Source: Candidatus Sabulitectum sp. (GTDB lineage Bacteria; Fermentibacterota; Fermentibacteria; Fermentibacterales; JCC-6). Taken from it: DNA of 64,000 nucleotides. Positions 38,301-46,679 of the stretch are shown piece by piece (positions within the stretch are counted from its first letter, which is position 1; each line of letters opens with the position of its first letter). A program made the translations under genes and the position numbers. The notes beneath the pieces are model-generated. The model was not told the origin of the DNA and searched no databases. It saw nothing but the letters and a program-made list of their open reading frames with translations. The DNA lies in NCBI GenBank assembly GCA_023145375.1, contig JAGLDY010000012.1, forward strand, positions 45,861 through 109,860. Reading direction: 5' to 3'.

Positions 38301-38465
38301 GGAGGAAGCAGCAGCGCAGCATTGTGGGCACCAATGGCACGAACTGTCATAGGAGGAATGGTTGTGGCTACACCACTGACCCTGCTGGTTCTACCTGTTC
38401 TTTATGTGATGCTGGATGGATGGCGCGGTAAGAAGATTGATTTGAAGCAGAGCGGGCGGAGATAA
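35388..38465 (+). CDS. efflux RND transporter permease (AcrB/HAE1-like), 1025 aa
   Basis: 12-TM RND architecture with two large periplasmic loops. Start overlaps the adaptor stop (ATGA). Confidence 0.95.
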   Translation: MNLSGLVVKRKITFLMVFIFMGSAGIFALTQLGLDYFPKVDIGQILIVTILPGGAPSEVENLVTKVIEDAVSGVEGVSSVESSSGNSTSGITVFVSPSADIDVVESDIKEAVDLIKINLPEQALEPIINALESSMKPLVIVGVSSDNLNSGELREMVSEEIEPILRRVSGVASSTISGGEVHQINISVNPVLLAHRGISLTQIYGALHSVQGNQPGGDIDSEGTEIYVSIKSGFTSIEQLGDVVIGNGNGLPVHLRDVSTITDGSKDQNNTSRLDGENSVLLIMRKSGDANTVNTCRLLEEQIAETAVNYSGTLDLDIIYSQKDFVLDSTKSLLLTGIQAILLAAAVLMFFLGSAVNAGIVSISMPLSFISTFAAMYLLGVNLNIMSLAGLSISIGMIVDNSVVVLENIHRRRRNGESREDAASQGASQVAMAVSASTLTTVAVFIPMLFVKGMTGQIFRDLSITIASALFISLFLAMTLVPLLASRSKNLIRKHSKGSVANRIERTLQKLDMQYEKILTHCTKHKARTLLPVIILFFLSMYLFRFIPTSFLPDIQEGIIDVSISLPTGTNLARTDSFAMAMEDSLTALFLPGDLDHLVVDVGKAEGLGAMFGSDATCRIVMTFYLISEESRETTVEEYSSSIRSVLSNNPGIRFAVKTGAPVGNEFPIQINLFGSDLDSLKILGDHVRDNLDLIPGTTGEVSSLEDWFTRIDYIPDDAVLSLRGFSRTLLASELTLGMLGMNVTTLNENGTEVDVNLRYAAKYRSTRESVAALIVNGAPLDFWGEFTTELSPNKIGRLDRSRVVSVFCRIEGRALGAVAGDVQAMMDTLDTGNTRWEITGDITDQKESFGSMGLAILVAIILVYMVMAAQFESLLEPFILIFEIPLALIGVVLIIFLTGTTMGMTSLVGILMLIGIVVNNGIVLVDFANGLRKENAVTAREAIIQAGRIRLKPIFMTASTTILALIPLSLGGSSSAALWAPMARTVIGGMVVATPLTLLVLPVLYVMLDGWRGKKIDLKQSGRR

Positions 38466-38488
38466 ATACTCCGCCCCAAGAAAGAAAA

Positions 38489-38827
38489 TTACAGCAGTTG
38501 AGAGCTTGACGTAGGCTTTGGTACCTTTACGACGAGCACACGGAGGTCTGCATCACTATCGTTGTACCAGCAATGGGGGATATCTTTCGGGCTTTCGATC
38601 ACGGTGTCAGCTGATACCGTTTCTTTTTCGTTGCCCACCTCAACAACACCAGTACCCTCAAGGACATAGAAGAAAACATCCACCGGTGTTATGTGGCGGA
38701 TCAGTTTTTCTCCAGCTTTCAGAGTGATAACACTTGAGAGTGCATTTGCTGTTTCGTAGACTCTTCTCACATCCACATTGTGAGGATTCTTTGCAGGTCC
38801 CTGCTCTGACATCTTTCTTGTTATCAT
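38489..38827 (-). CDS. cupin-domain protein
   Basis: Cupin_2-like core HITPVDVFFYVLEGTGVVEVGNEKETVSADTVIESPKDIPHCWYN. The ATG at 38827 avoids overlap with the upstream aminotransferase gene. Confidence 0.55.
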   Translation of the reverse strand: MITRKMSEQGPAKNPHNVDVRRVYETANALSSVITLKAGEKLIRHITPVDVFFYVLEGTGVVEVGNEKETVSADTVIESPKDIPHCWYNDSDADLRVLVVKVPKPTSSSQLL

Positions 38828-38843
38828 AGTATCTCCATGTATT

Positions 38844-40037
38844 TTAGTCTCTGTAGACCTTAAGGCCCTCTTTGAGGATCTTAAGGGCTTTTCGCATCTT
38901 GTCTTCAGAAAGAACATAAGCGATTCTGATCTGATCAAGGCCAAGCCCCGGAGTTGCATAGAAACCTGCGGCAGGGGCAACCATGGTTGTTTCACCTTCA
39001 AATTCAAAATCAGTGAGCATCCAGGAAGCAAACCTCTCTGCATCTTTTACCGGAAGGCGCATGGTTGCATAAAAAGCTCCTTCCGGCTTCAGGAAGAAAA
39101 TGCCCTCCATGCCGGAGAACTCTTCTATAAGCAGATCCCTTCTACTCTGATACGTGGCCATGATATCAGCGTAGTAATCATCTCTCAGGTGATGATATAT
39201 CCAGGCAGCTCCATACTGCGCCAGCGTGGGAGGGCAGAGTCTGGCCTGACCAAGTTTCAGCGCAGCACTCATGATGTCTTTGTTCCTGCTTATCATGTTG
39301 CCCAGTCTTGCGCCGCAGGAACTGAATCTTTTGCTGATGGAGTCCATTACGATCACTCTATCTTCGATCCCCGGAAGTTCGAGGGTGGAGACGTGGCTAC
39401 CTCCATCAAAGACAAAATCACGGTAAACCTCATCTGAGAGCAGGTAGAGGTCATGCTTGCTGATTATTTCAGAAAGGGTACCAAGCTCCTCCGCAGAAAG
39501 AACAGCTCCCGTCGGATTATTAGGGCTGCAGATAAGAATAGCCCGTGTTCTTTCGGTGATCTTTAATTCGATCTCAGCCTTTTCCGGCAGATGAAAACCA
39601 TTCTCGCATGTACAGGTTACCGGAACGAGTTTGATGCCGGCCATGCTGGCAAAACCGTTGTAGTTGGTGTAGAACGGTTCAAAGCAGATAACTTCATCCC
39701 CATGGTCACAAGTGGCCATGAAGGCGAAGAATACAGCCTCTGAACCGCCTGTTGTGATGATTATCTCATCTGTATCTATGCTGATTCCTGCTCGGGAGTA
39801 GTAAGTTGCAATTGCTTCTCTGAGAACAAGAAGCCCCTGGCTGGGTCCATAGGCAAGTACATCGGGCAGGCTGTCCTTCAAGGCGCTCCAGTACCCTGGA
39901 GGTGTTGGGATGTCCGGCTGGCCAATATTCAAATGGTAAACCCCGGTTCCTCTTGCTTTTGCTGCATTTGCGTATGGAACAAGTTTTCTGATGGGAGAAG
40001 CCTGCATCTCTGAGCATCTTTTGCTGATAGTTGTCAT
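38844..40037 (-). CDS. pyridoxal-phosphate-dependent aminotransferase, class I/II (AspC/aromatic-like)
   Basis: N-terminal SPIRKL...NIGQPDIPTP. PLP-lysine motif SKRFSSCGARLG. Start taken at MTTISK (ATG at 40037). Confidence 0.85.
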   Translation of the reverse strand: MTTISKRCSEMQASPIRKLVPYANAAKARGTGVYHLNIGQPDIPTPPGYWSALKDSLPDVLAYGPSQGLLVLREAIATYYSRAGISIDTDEIIITTGGSEAVFFAFMATCDHGDEVICFEPFYTNYNGFASMAGIKLVPVTCTCENGFHLPEKAEIELKITERTRAILICSPNNPTGAVLSAEELGTLSEIISKHDLYLLSDEVYRDFVFDGGSHVSTLELPGIEDRVIVMDSISKRFSSCGARLGNMISRNKDIMSAALKLGQARLCPPTLAQYGAAWIYHHLRDDYYADIMATYQSRRDLLIEEFSGMEGIFFLKPEGAFYATMRLPVKDAERFASWMLTDFEFEGETTMVAPAAGFYATPGLGLDQIRIAYVLSEDKMRKALKILKEGLKVYRD

Positions 40038-40163
40038 TATTTTGCCTTTCGAACCGCTGATGGATAAAGCAATTATCGGACCATGGATTATACAAAGGTA
40101 TTCCCTCAATGCGTAAAGGGGAAACAATATCTATATTCGGAGTTAACAGAGTGGAGGCTGGGG

Positions 40164-40943
40164 ATGATAATCAGAATTGCCGAGCTGCCAATTCAGAAAG
40201 ACTGGGACTATTCAATGGACATGGCTATACGCGCTATGCACCTTGCTCCTCTGCCTGATGTAATAGTTCTTCCCGAACTGTTCACCATCGGCTTCGTTCT
40301 GGACAAAATTTCAGACCAGGCGATCTCAATAAAGGATATGAAAGAACTTCCACTCGCGAAAGCTGCCTCAGAAACTGGCGTCTGGGTAATCGGTGGAACC
40401 TTTCCCGTAAGAATAGATCGTGGGATAGTGAACCTTCTACCAGTCTTCGACGGAGAGGGAAAATTAGTACACACAACGGAGAAGGTACACCTGTTCAGCA
40501 ACATGGGTGAGGATTCTGTTTTCAAGGGCGGTATCCCTTCTGGAGTGTTTGACCTGAAAGGGGTTACGGCAGGAGCATCAGTCTGTTACGATCTGAGATT
40601 TCCGGAATTGTTCAGGACACACGCACTCGGTGGAGCCACTATCATCTTTCTTCCAGCCCAGTGGCCGGAACCAAGACTGGAGCTTTTTCGAAGTTTTCTG
40701 AGAGCCAGAGCGGGCGAGGCTCAAGTGTTTTTCGCCGGCTGTAATCTGGGCGGTGATCATCTTGGGATTAGATTCAGAGGCGGCGGCGGGATTGCTTCCC
40801 CGGATGGAAAGATGCTACCCTTCCGGGAAGTGAATGAGTATATCAAAGACTACGATGTTCAGATGGATGAAGTTGAAAGGGTTAGATCACGGATCGCATG
40901 TCTGGAAGACAGAAGACCGGAAGTGTATGGAGTTAAATCATGA
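40164..40943 (+). CDS. carbon-nitrogen hydrolase family protein (omega-amidase/nitrilase-like)
   Basis: GGAGG SD, then ATG at 40164. E-K-C triad context VLPELFTIGF...VCYDLRFPELFR. Confidence 0.85.
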   Translation: MIIRIAELPIQKDWDYSMDMAIRAMHLAPLPDVIVLPELFTIGFVLDKISDQAISIKDMKELPLAKAASETGVWVIGGTFPVRIDRGIVNLLPVFDGEGKLVHTTEKVHLFSNMGEDSVFKGGIPSGVFDLKGVTAGASVCYDLRFPELFRTHALGGATIIFLPAQWPEPRLELFRSFLRARAGEAQVFFAGCNLGGDHLGIRFRGGGGIASPDGKMLPFREVNEYIKDYDVQMDEVERVRSRIACLEDRRPEVYGVKS

Positions 40944-42100
40944 CTGAAAAGCGAGTAGACCTCTTCAGAGTGTCGCTGGGTATAGTGGCTGTTCTTATCA
41001 TTGCCGGGATCATGAAGCTCGGGGCCAGTATCTTTGTTAAGATCGCTATCTCCCTGTTTTTCGCTCTTCTGATATCTCCCGCAGTAAAGTCTACAACTGC
41101 ATGGATAGACAAACTTCTCAGAAGTATCTTCAAAAAGTACAGAAGAAGAAGTGACAAAAGTCAATCTGAACTTGCAGATGTTATTGGAACTGCCCTGGTT
41201 CTGGTCATGGCTCTCGCTATAGCCTCCGTCTTCTTCTTTCTCATATACGGTACAATGAGCATGCTTCTTGGCAGGAAGGACGACATGATAAGCAATGTTG
41301 TCAACCCTGTTGTCACTTTTGTTGAAAGTGCCCAATCCGACTGGATCCCTGAAATGTACAGTCGTCTTGGTATGGAAGGAGTTGAGCAGATCACTCTACC
41401 AGAAGATTCGCTGAAGGTCACGACTCCACTGTCTCTCAATGAACCGACAATCTCCTTTAGATCCATGGTTCCCACCGCCGCAGGACTTGTGGGATCTCTT
41501 TCCAGCGGGATATTTAACGGTGTCATCATTATTATGCTCACTGTATTCATGGTGAACGGAAGAAGAATATTCTCAAAAAAAATAAAGAAGATGGATTCTG
41601 AGACCCATGAAAAGTATCAGGCCCTGGTGAGCCAGGTGGAACGGATCCCAAGAAAATACCTCTTTGCAAAGCTGATCACGAGTGCTTTGACCGGTCTATT
41701 GATTTGTGTTTCCCTTCTCGTTATGGGTTTTCAGTTCGAAGAGTCTTTCATATGGGGAATGACTGCAATGGTCTTCAATTTTGTACCCTTCTTCGGATCT
41801 CTTATAGCGGGAGTAATGATCGCCTTGTATGCCATGTCAGTTCAGGGACTGCATGCAGGTCTTATAGCTGCAACCTCAGTGCTGATAATAAATAACATAG
41901 TTTCCAATGTAATAGAACCCAACTACTTCGGAGATGTACTTCCCATCGGAAAGGTCACAATACTTCTTTGTGTGATAATATGGGGCTATCTCTGGGGTCT
42001 ACTGGGTATTTTCCTTGCAGTTCCGCTTACTATCATTATTAAAGTTCTACTGGAACACACAACTGGAAGAAATTCCCTGGTTGTATTTATGGAGGTTTGA
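40940..42100 (+). CDS. AI-2E family transporter (UPF0118/PerM-like)
   Basis: 8-TM topology, length 386 aa, and a C-terminal GIFLAVPLTIIIKVL motif typical of the family. The start overlaps the upstream stop. Confidence 0.75.
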   Translation: MTEKRVDLFRVSLGIVAVLIIAGIMKLGASIFVKIAISLFFALLISPAVKSTTAWIDKLLRSIFKKYRRRSDKSQSELADVIGTALVLVMALAIASVFFFLIYGTMSMLLGRKDDMISNVVNPVVTFVESAQSDWIPEMYSRLGMEGVEQITLPEDSLKVTTPLSLNEPTISFRSMVPTAAGLVGSLSSGIFNGVIIIMLTVFMVNGRRIFSKKIKKMDSETHEKYQALVSQVERIPRKYLFAKLITSALTGLLICVSLLVMGFQFEESFIWGMTAMVFNFVPFFGSLIAGVMIALYAMSVQGLHAGLIAATSVLIINNIVSNVIEPNYFGDVLPIGKVTILLCVIIWGYLWGLLGIFLAVPLTIIIKVLLEHTTGRNSLVVFMEV

Positions 42101-42101
42101 T

Positions 42102-44414
42102 ATGAATTTCATGATACTGGTAATGGCCCTCACGAGTGGAATCCTAAATCTAAACTGGTCAGCTGAGAATTCTCCGGAAATAATCAGAACACCGCTTGGA
42201 GACAGAATTTCTATCACAGGAATACCTTCAGTGGGGAAACCCGGGGCTCCGTTGTTTCCTCAGGTGCCCCTTACCGCGGCTCTGCCTCAAGGTGCCGTTG
42301 CTGACAGCGTTAGGATCGTAAGTACAAGTTCAATCCCGCTGTCATTCAATTACCACCCAATGCCGGCTCAGATGGGCGTGCCAATATCCAGACCTGAGGA
42401 TTTCAGGTTGACAGCTGCTGATCCCCGGGCTTTTTCAACCCCGGTGAATGCCTCTGTTCATTTAACCGGACAGGGTAATCTCATGGGATATCCGGTGGCT
42501 GATCTGGTGCTTAATCCTATCACCTGGAATCCGGAAACAAAGGAACTCATCTGGACAGAGAGTATGGAACTTCAGATATACTACCATATTAACAGTACAA
42601 GCCAGGCAATACCCTCAAGGGGTATTACGGGTTCAGCCATTGCTTCCAGCATAGTATCCACCGCTGTATTGAACCCTGCAGATATTCCAGTTGCTCCAGC
42701 TTCATCCACAACAGACCTGCCATGGGGTGAATATCTAATAATTGCAGATGATGGCCTTGCGGCAGCATTTGAACCACTTGCAGAATGGAAAACTCAAAAG
42801 GGTATTCCAGCGAAAATAGTCGAGATGTCCTTTATCACCAACCAATACTCAGGCGTTGATGATGCTCAGAAGCTAAGATTCTTTCTCTATGAAATCTTCC
42901 AGGACTCTCCGCCTACCTATGTTCTTCTTGCAGGAGATACTCCAGGAGTTCCCCACAGGAACTGTTACGCCACGGCAGAAGGTTACACTGGTGATCCTTC
43001 CGCTGACCTTTACTACCAGGATATGAATGACACCGCTGCCGGAGTGGATGCATGGAACCTTGACGGTGATGATATCTGGGGTGAACTAAATGGTAACGAC
43101 AATATGGATTACCATCCGGATTACATTCTGGGTCGTGCTTCGGTTGAAACCGTAACTGAGGCAAATGCCTTTGTCAACAAAGTTATTGCCTGGGAGAACA
43201 GCCCGGACACGGATGACTGGTACAATGCAATGGGCTTTACAACGGAGGTACTCTGGAGCAGTCCGTACTGTCCAGGCTCAGCAGGGAAGGAGAAGGTTGA
43301 TAACCTTTACACCCCTTCATCCTGGACAATAACAAAGCTGTACCAATCCTCAGGTTCTCAGAGCTATACAGCTACGATGGCCATGCTGAATACTGGAATG
43401 CAGCTCGTGAACCATGCTGGACACGGCAGTCAGTCTTCGGTTTCCATCGGCTCCGGCTCTCTGGGCACATCCGAATTCATGGGGCTTACCAATGTCTCCC
43501 AGAGAGGTCGTCCTACTATCTGGAACACCATTGCCTGTCTTTCCGGTTCATTTGATACAGGTACCTGTCTTGCAGAAGCATGGATCAGGTCTCCAGGAGG
43601 AGGAGGTTTCTGCATCATGAACACCCGTTATGGTTGGGGAGAGCCTGCTGAACCTGGTGATCAGTGGAGTGAACTGGTGGACCAGGAGTTCTTTGCAAAC
43701 TTCTTTGTGGATGATATGTACCTGCTAGGCGTTGCTTACATGATGGCAAAAGATGACTTTATTTCACTGATACCGTCTGATACGCATTACGATTGGATAG
43801 CCAAGAGCAACACTCTGTTTGGCGACCCTGAGCTGCCTATGTACTCAGCAGTTCCAGAGGAAATGGAGATTGGAGATTTTTTCCTTTGCGAAGGTGATGA
43901 GAATCTTACTGTCAATGTTACTTCCGGTGGCTCACCACTGCAGAATGCCAGGGTATGCCTTATGCAGGGAGATTGGGAAGCTCCTGTCACTTATGCGGTC
44001 GGTGTGACAGATGCTACCGGTTATGTAACTCTATCCTTTGATTATCTGCCTGCAACTCCCAATCAAGTCAGATTAACTGTCTGGGCGAGGGATCATGTTC
44101 TTCTTACAGGAATGCATGATGTAGGCAACATGGGGGTGGGAGACGAGAGTCAGCAGACCCTTCCAACGCTCTCATTGATATCTTCAAACCCGGTACAGGG
44201 AACAGCCTCTATTGGCTGGTCAATCCCTGAATCAGCGAATGGGAACATTTCCATTATCGACCTTACCGGTAGAACTGTAATTACTCAGGAGCTTCAGGGG
44301 CTTGAAGGTCTCTTTATATGGCAGACCCAGGACAGTCCTGCAGGGCTTTACTTCGTAAGGATGACAACTTCCACAGGTGATATCCTTAGTACCAGCATGG
44401 TTGTGGTTCGCTGA
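42102..44414 (+). CDS. peptidase C25 (gingipain-like) with a T9SS C-terminal sorting domain
   Basis: GGAGGT SD. Signal peptide. Catalytic His in VNHAGHGSQ and Cys in WNTIACLSGSF. CTD IIDLTGRTV...GLYFVRM. Confidence 0.8.
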   Translation: MNFMILVMALTSGILNLNWSAENSPEIIRTPLGDRISITGIPSVGKPGAPLFPQVPLTAALPQGAVADSVRIVSTSSIPLSFNYHPMPAQMGVPISRPEDFRLTAADPRAFSTPVNASVHLTGQGNLMGYPVADLVLNPITWNPETKELIWTESMELQIYYHINSTSQAIPSRGITGSAIASSIVSTAVLNPADIPVAPASSTTDLPWGEYLIIADDGLAAAFEPLAEWKTQKGIPAKIVEMSFITNQYSGVDDAQKLRFFLYEIFQDSPPTYVLLAGDTPGVPHRNCYATAEGYTGDPSADLYYQDMNDTAAGVDAWNLDGDDIWGELNGNDNMDYHPDYILGRASVETVTEANAFVNKVIAWENSPDTDDWYNAMGFTTEVLWSSPYCPGSAGKEKVDNLYTPSSWTITKLYQSSGSQSYTATMAMLNTGMQLVNHAGHGSQSSVSIGSGSLGTSEFMGLTNVSQRGRPTIWNTIACLSGSFDTGTCLAEAWIRSPGGGGFCIMNTRYGWGEPAEPGDQWSELVDQEFFANFFVDDMYLLGVAYMMAKDDFISLIPSDTHYDWIAKSNTLFGDPELPMYSAVPEEMEIGDFFLCEGDENLTVNVTSGGSPLQNARVCLMQGDWEAPVTYAVGVTDATGYVTLSFDYLPATPNQVRLTVWARDHVLLTGMHDVGNMGVGDESQQTLPTLSLISSNPVQGTASIGWSIPESANGNISIIDLTGRTVITQELQGLEGLFIWQTQDSPAGLYFVRMTTSTGDILSTSMVVVR

Positions 44415-44429
44415 GAGAAAGGTAACGAA

Positions 44430-44846
44430 TTGAAGGAACTTAAAAGAGAGAACGGCCTGGTAATTCTCAGGTTTGACAGGGGCGAGGATTTCATGGGAAG
44501 TCTTTCATCCTGGTGTATTGAGAATAATGTTCAGTCCGCCGGGATCCTCTGCGGAATAGGTATGCTTGAGAACGTGGAGATCGGGAGATACAACGGCACT
44601 GATTACACCAGAATGACCGAAAGTGAGTCGTGTGAGATCCTTTCTCTTCAAGGGAGTGTTTCCATGAAGGAAGGTGCTCCGTTTGTTCACCTTCACGTCT
44701 CATTTGCCGATCACGATTTCAAAGCGATTGGCGGACACCTTTTCAACGGGAAAGTTTCCATGACAATAGAGCTTGTTGTGGCTCCAATGTCCCCGGGGCT
44801 TGTAAGGAAGCCTGTAGGTGGGGTTTTCTGGCAGATGGATTCCTGA
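44430..44846 (+). CDS. PPC/DUF296-domain protein
   Basis: DUF296 signature across about 120 aa (LRFDRGEDFMGSLSSWCIENNVQSAGILCGIGMLENVEIG ... HLHVSFADHDFKAIGGHL). Confidence 0.7.
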   Translation: MKELKRENGLVILRFDRGEDFMGSLSSWCIENNVQSAGILCGIGMLENVEIGRYNGTDYTRMTESESCEILSLQGSVSMKEGAPFVHLHVSFADHDFKAIGGHLFNGKVSMTIELVVAPMSPGLVRKPVGGVFWQMDS

Positions 44847-44895
44847 AGGCTTGACGCGGAGAAGGCTGATATTATGATACGCTGGCTTTGCAGTG

Positions 44896-44971
44896 GGGCT
44901 GTAGCTCAGTTGGTATGAGCACTTGACTGGCAGTCAAGGGGTCGCGGGTTCGATCCCCGCCAGCTCCACCA
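44896..44971 (+). tRNA. tRNA-Ala (anticodon GGC)
   Basis: Cloverleaf with a 7-bp acceptor stem that includes the G3:U70 alanine identity pair. Anticodon loop CU-GGC-AG. T-loop TTCGATC. CCA is encoded. Confidence 0.9.
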
Positions 44972-44974
44972 GAT

Positions 44975-45010
44975 GAACCGCTGCTCTCAACAAGTAGCGG
45001 TTCGCTTTTA
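44975..45010 (+). terminator. intrinsic terminator after tRNA-Ala
   Basis: GAACCGCT-(13-nt loop)-AGCGGTTC followed by GCTTTT. Confidence 0.55.
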
Positions 45011-45145
45011 AGTGGCGCAGTAAGGGGTTGCACCCGGGAGTGCTATTGTCTATCTTACCTGCTCCGAACCAGAGGAATTCAGGCAGGAAATCGTTTATAG
45101 ATGGTAGTGTTGCAAGTAGTAACGCATAAATAACAGGAGGAAGAG

Positions 45146-45430
45146 ATGACCAAGGCAGATATCGTTGCCAACATTTCAGACGAGACGGGTCTCACCAAGA
45201 AGGAAGTTGCCTCAGTTGTCAACCAGTTCTTTGTGGAAGTAAGAAGCGCCCTTTTCAATCACGACCATATTGAAATCCGTGGATTCGGTACATTCAAGGT
45301 TGTTGAAAGAAACCCCAGAATGGCCAGAAACCCCCATACAAAAGAGCCCGTTGCAGTTCCCCGCAGACATGTACCTTTCTTCAAATTTTCAAAGACAGTG
45401 AAGAACAAGGTTGCAAAGGCGGAGAAGTAG
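45146..45430 (+). CDS. HU/IHF-family nucleoid-associated DNA-binding protein
   Basis: MTKADIVANIS...VEIRGFGTFKV...PRMARNPHTKEPVAVPRRHVPFFK beta-arm motif. 94 aa. Confidence 0.9.
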   Translation: MTKADIVANISDETGLTKKEVASVVNQFFVEVRSALFNHDHIEIRGFGTFKVVERNPRMARNPHTKEPVAVPRRHVPFFKFSKTVKNKVAKAEK

Positions 45431-45526
45431 ATGCCAAACGGAAAAAAGCGTAAGCGGAAGAAAATAGCGACACATAAACGGAAGAAAAGACGTCGCGCCA
45501 ACAGACATAAGAAGAAGATCCGCTAA
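45431..45526 (+). CDS. 31-aa ultra-basic peptide, candidate ribosomal protein bS22-like. It is below the 60-aa ORF-track cutoff, so it is not in the supplied list.
   Basis: MPNGKKRKRKKIATHKRKKRRRANRHKKKIR. The ATG immediately follows the HU stop. 65% Lys/Arg. Matches the composition and length of bS22-type peptides. Confidence 0.5.
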   Translation: MPNGKKRKRKKIATHKRKKRRRANRHKKKIR

Positions 45527-45529
45527 GCT

Positions 45530-46003
45530 TTGAGAATAGCTGTTCTTTCTGATACTCATATCCCGGCAAGGCTTCAAAACTTGCCGGGACTTGTTTATGA
45601 AGCCTGCGCCGGCACTGATCTTATCATTCATGCGGGGGATATTGAGGACAAGGATGTTATCAATGACCTTCTCAGGCTGGCACCTGTAAAAGCCGTTCGC
45701 GGTAACATGGATTATGAAAATTACCCTGAGGCACTCACCCTGCACTTCTTGGGTTTCACAATCGCAATTGCCCACGGAAGCGGTTCATACGAGAATGTAA
45801 GGCAGAGGATGAAGAAAAAGTTCCAGAGCATAAATCCTGATATTATCATCCACGGGCATACCCACATATTCCACTGGAAAAAAGAACGCAATGTCTGGTT
45901 CCTCTGCCCGGGAGCTGTATCCAACCCTGCAGGAAGCCGTTCAATGGCCATCCTGACACTGGAAAGGAAAAAAGCACCCCAGGTGGAGAAAATCGTATTC
46001 TGA
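45530..46003 (+). CDS. metallophosphoesterase, YfcE/MJ0936-like
   Basis: TTG start. Motifs MRIAVLSDTHIP, HAGDI and GHTH. 157 aa. Confidence 0.85.
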   Translation: MRIAVLSDTHIPARLQNLPGLVYEACAGTDLIIHAGDIEDKDVINDLLRLAPVKAVRGNMDYENYPEALTLHFLGFTIAIAHGSGSYENVRQRMKKKFQSINPDIIIHGHTHIFHWKKERNVWFLCPGAVSNPAGSRSMAILTLERKKAPQVEKIVF

Positions 46004-46053
46004 CTTGAATACTCCGGAACTATTGACTATCTTCGGTCTCACATCAAAGTAGT

Positions 46054-46129
<76 letters not shown>

Positions 46130-46327
46130 TTATCTGGCTTTACACAAAAGTTGGGGCTTCACAGACGTGAGCAATAGTTAGTATTCAATTTCGATTTGCC
46201 ATATGAATTTAGATCATAAGTGATGAATTCTTGTATCAAGGCCAGTTCTGCACATATTTACTTTCAACAGAATAGTATGTATTTTCAACTCTTATTGAAA
46301 GATCACATCACCTTCGTAGGGAGAGTT

Positions 46328-46678
46328 ATGTCAATAATCTATCTTCTAATCCTCAAAGTAATTTTAAGTCAGGTGTCAGCAGATATAGATACCGGAAGTA
46401 TATGTGGCACTGTGACTGATACTAGAGGAAACCCTCTAGTTGGAGCAACGGTTATGATTGTTGGAACTGCATACGGTGCCATGACAGATCCATTTGGTTT
46501 GTATGGAATAGAAAATCTGGCAGCAGGAAAGTATACAGTTGAAGCCAGAATGGTTGGAATGTTAGCGAATACTGTGGATGGAGTAGAGGTAGTTGCAGAT
46601 TGCATAACGACTCAGGGTTTCTCCCTAGCCACATATGGTTTATCAGCTGACGATATACCAGTATTAATCAAGATCTGA
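46328..46678 (+). CDS. small secreted protein with a carboxypeptidase-regulatory-like (CarbopepD_reg_2-like) domain
   Basis: GGGAGAG SD, then ATG at 46328. Signal peptide. ICGTVTDTRGNPLVGATVMIVGT...GKYTVEARMVG beta-sandwich signature. Confidence 0.55.
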   Translation: MSIIYLLILKVILSQVSADIDTGSICGTVTDTRGNPLVGATVMIVGTAYGAMTDPFGLYGIENLAAGKYTVEARMVGMLANTVDGVEVVADCITTQGFSLATYGLSADDIPVLIKI

Positions 46679-46679
46679 T

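Noticed and set aside
45259-45775. Minus-strand ORFs of 62-128 aa
   Set aside because: They are antisense to the HU gene, the bS22-like peptide and the metallophosphoesterase, so they are shadow ORFs.
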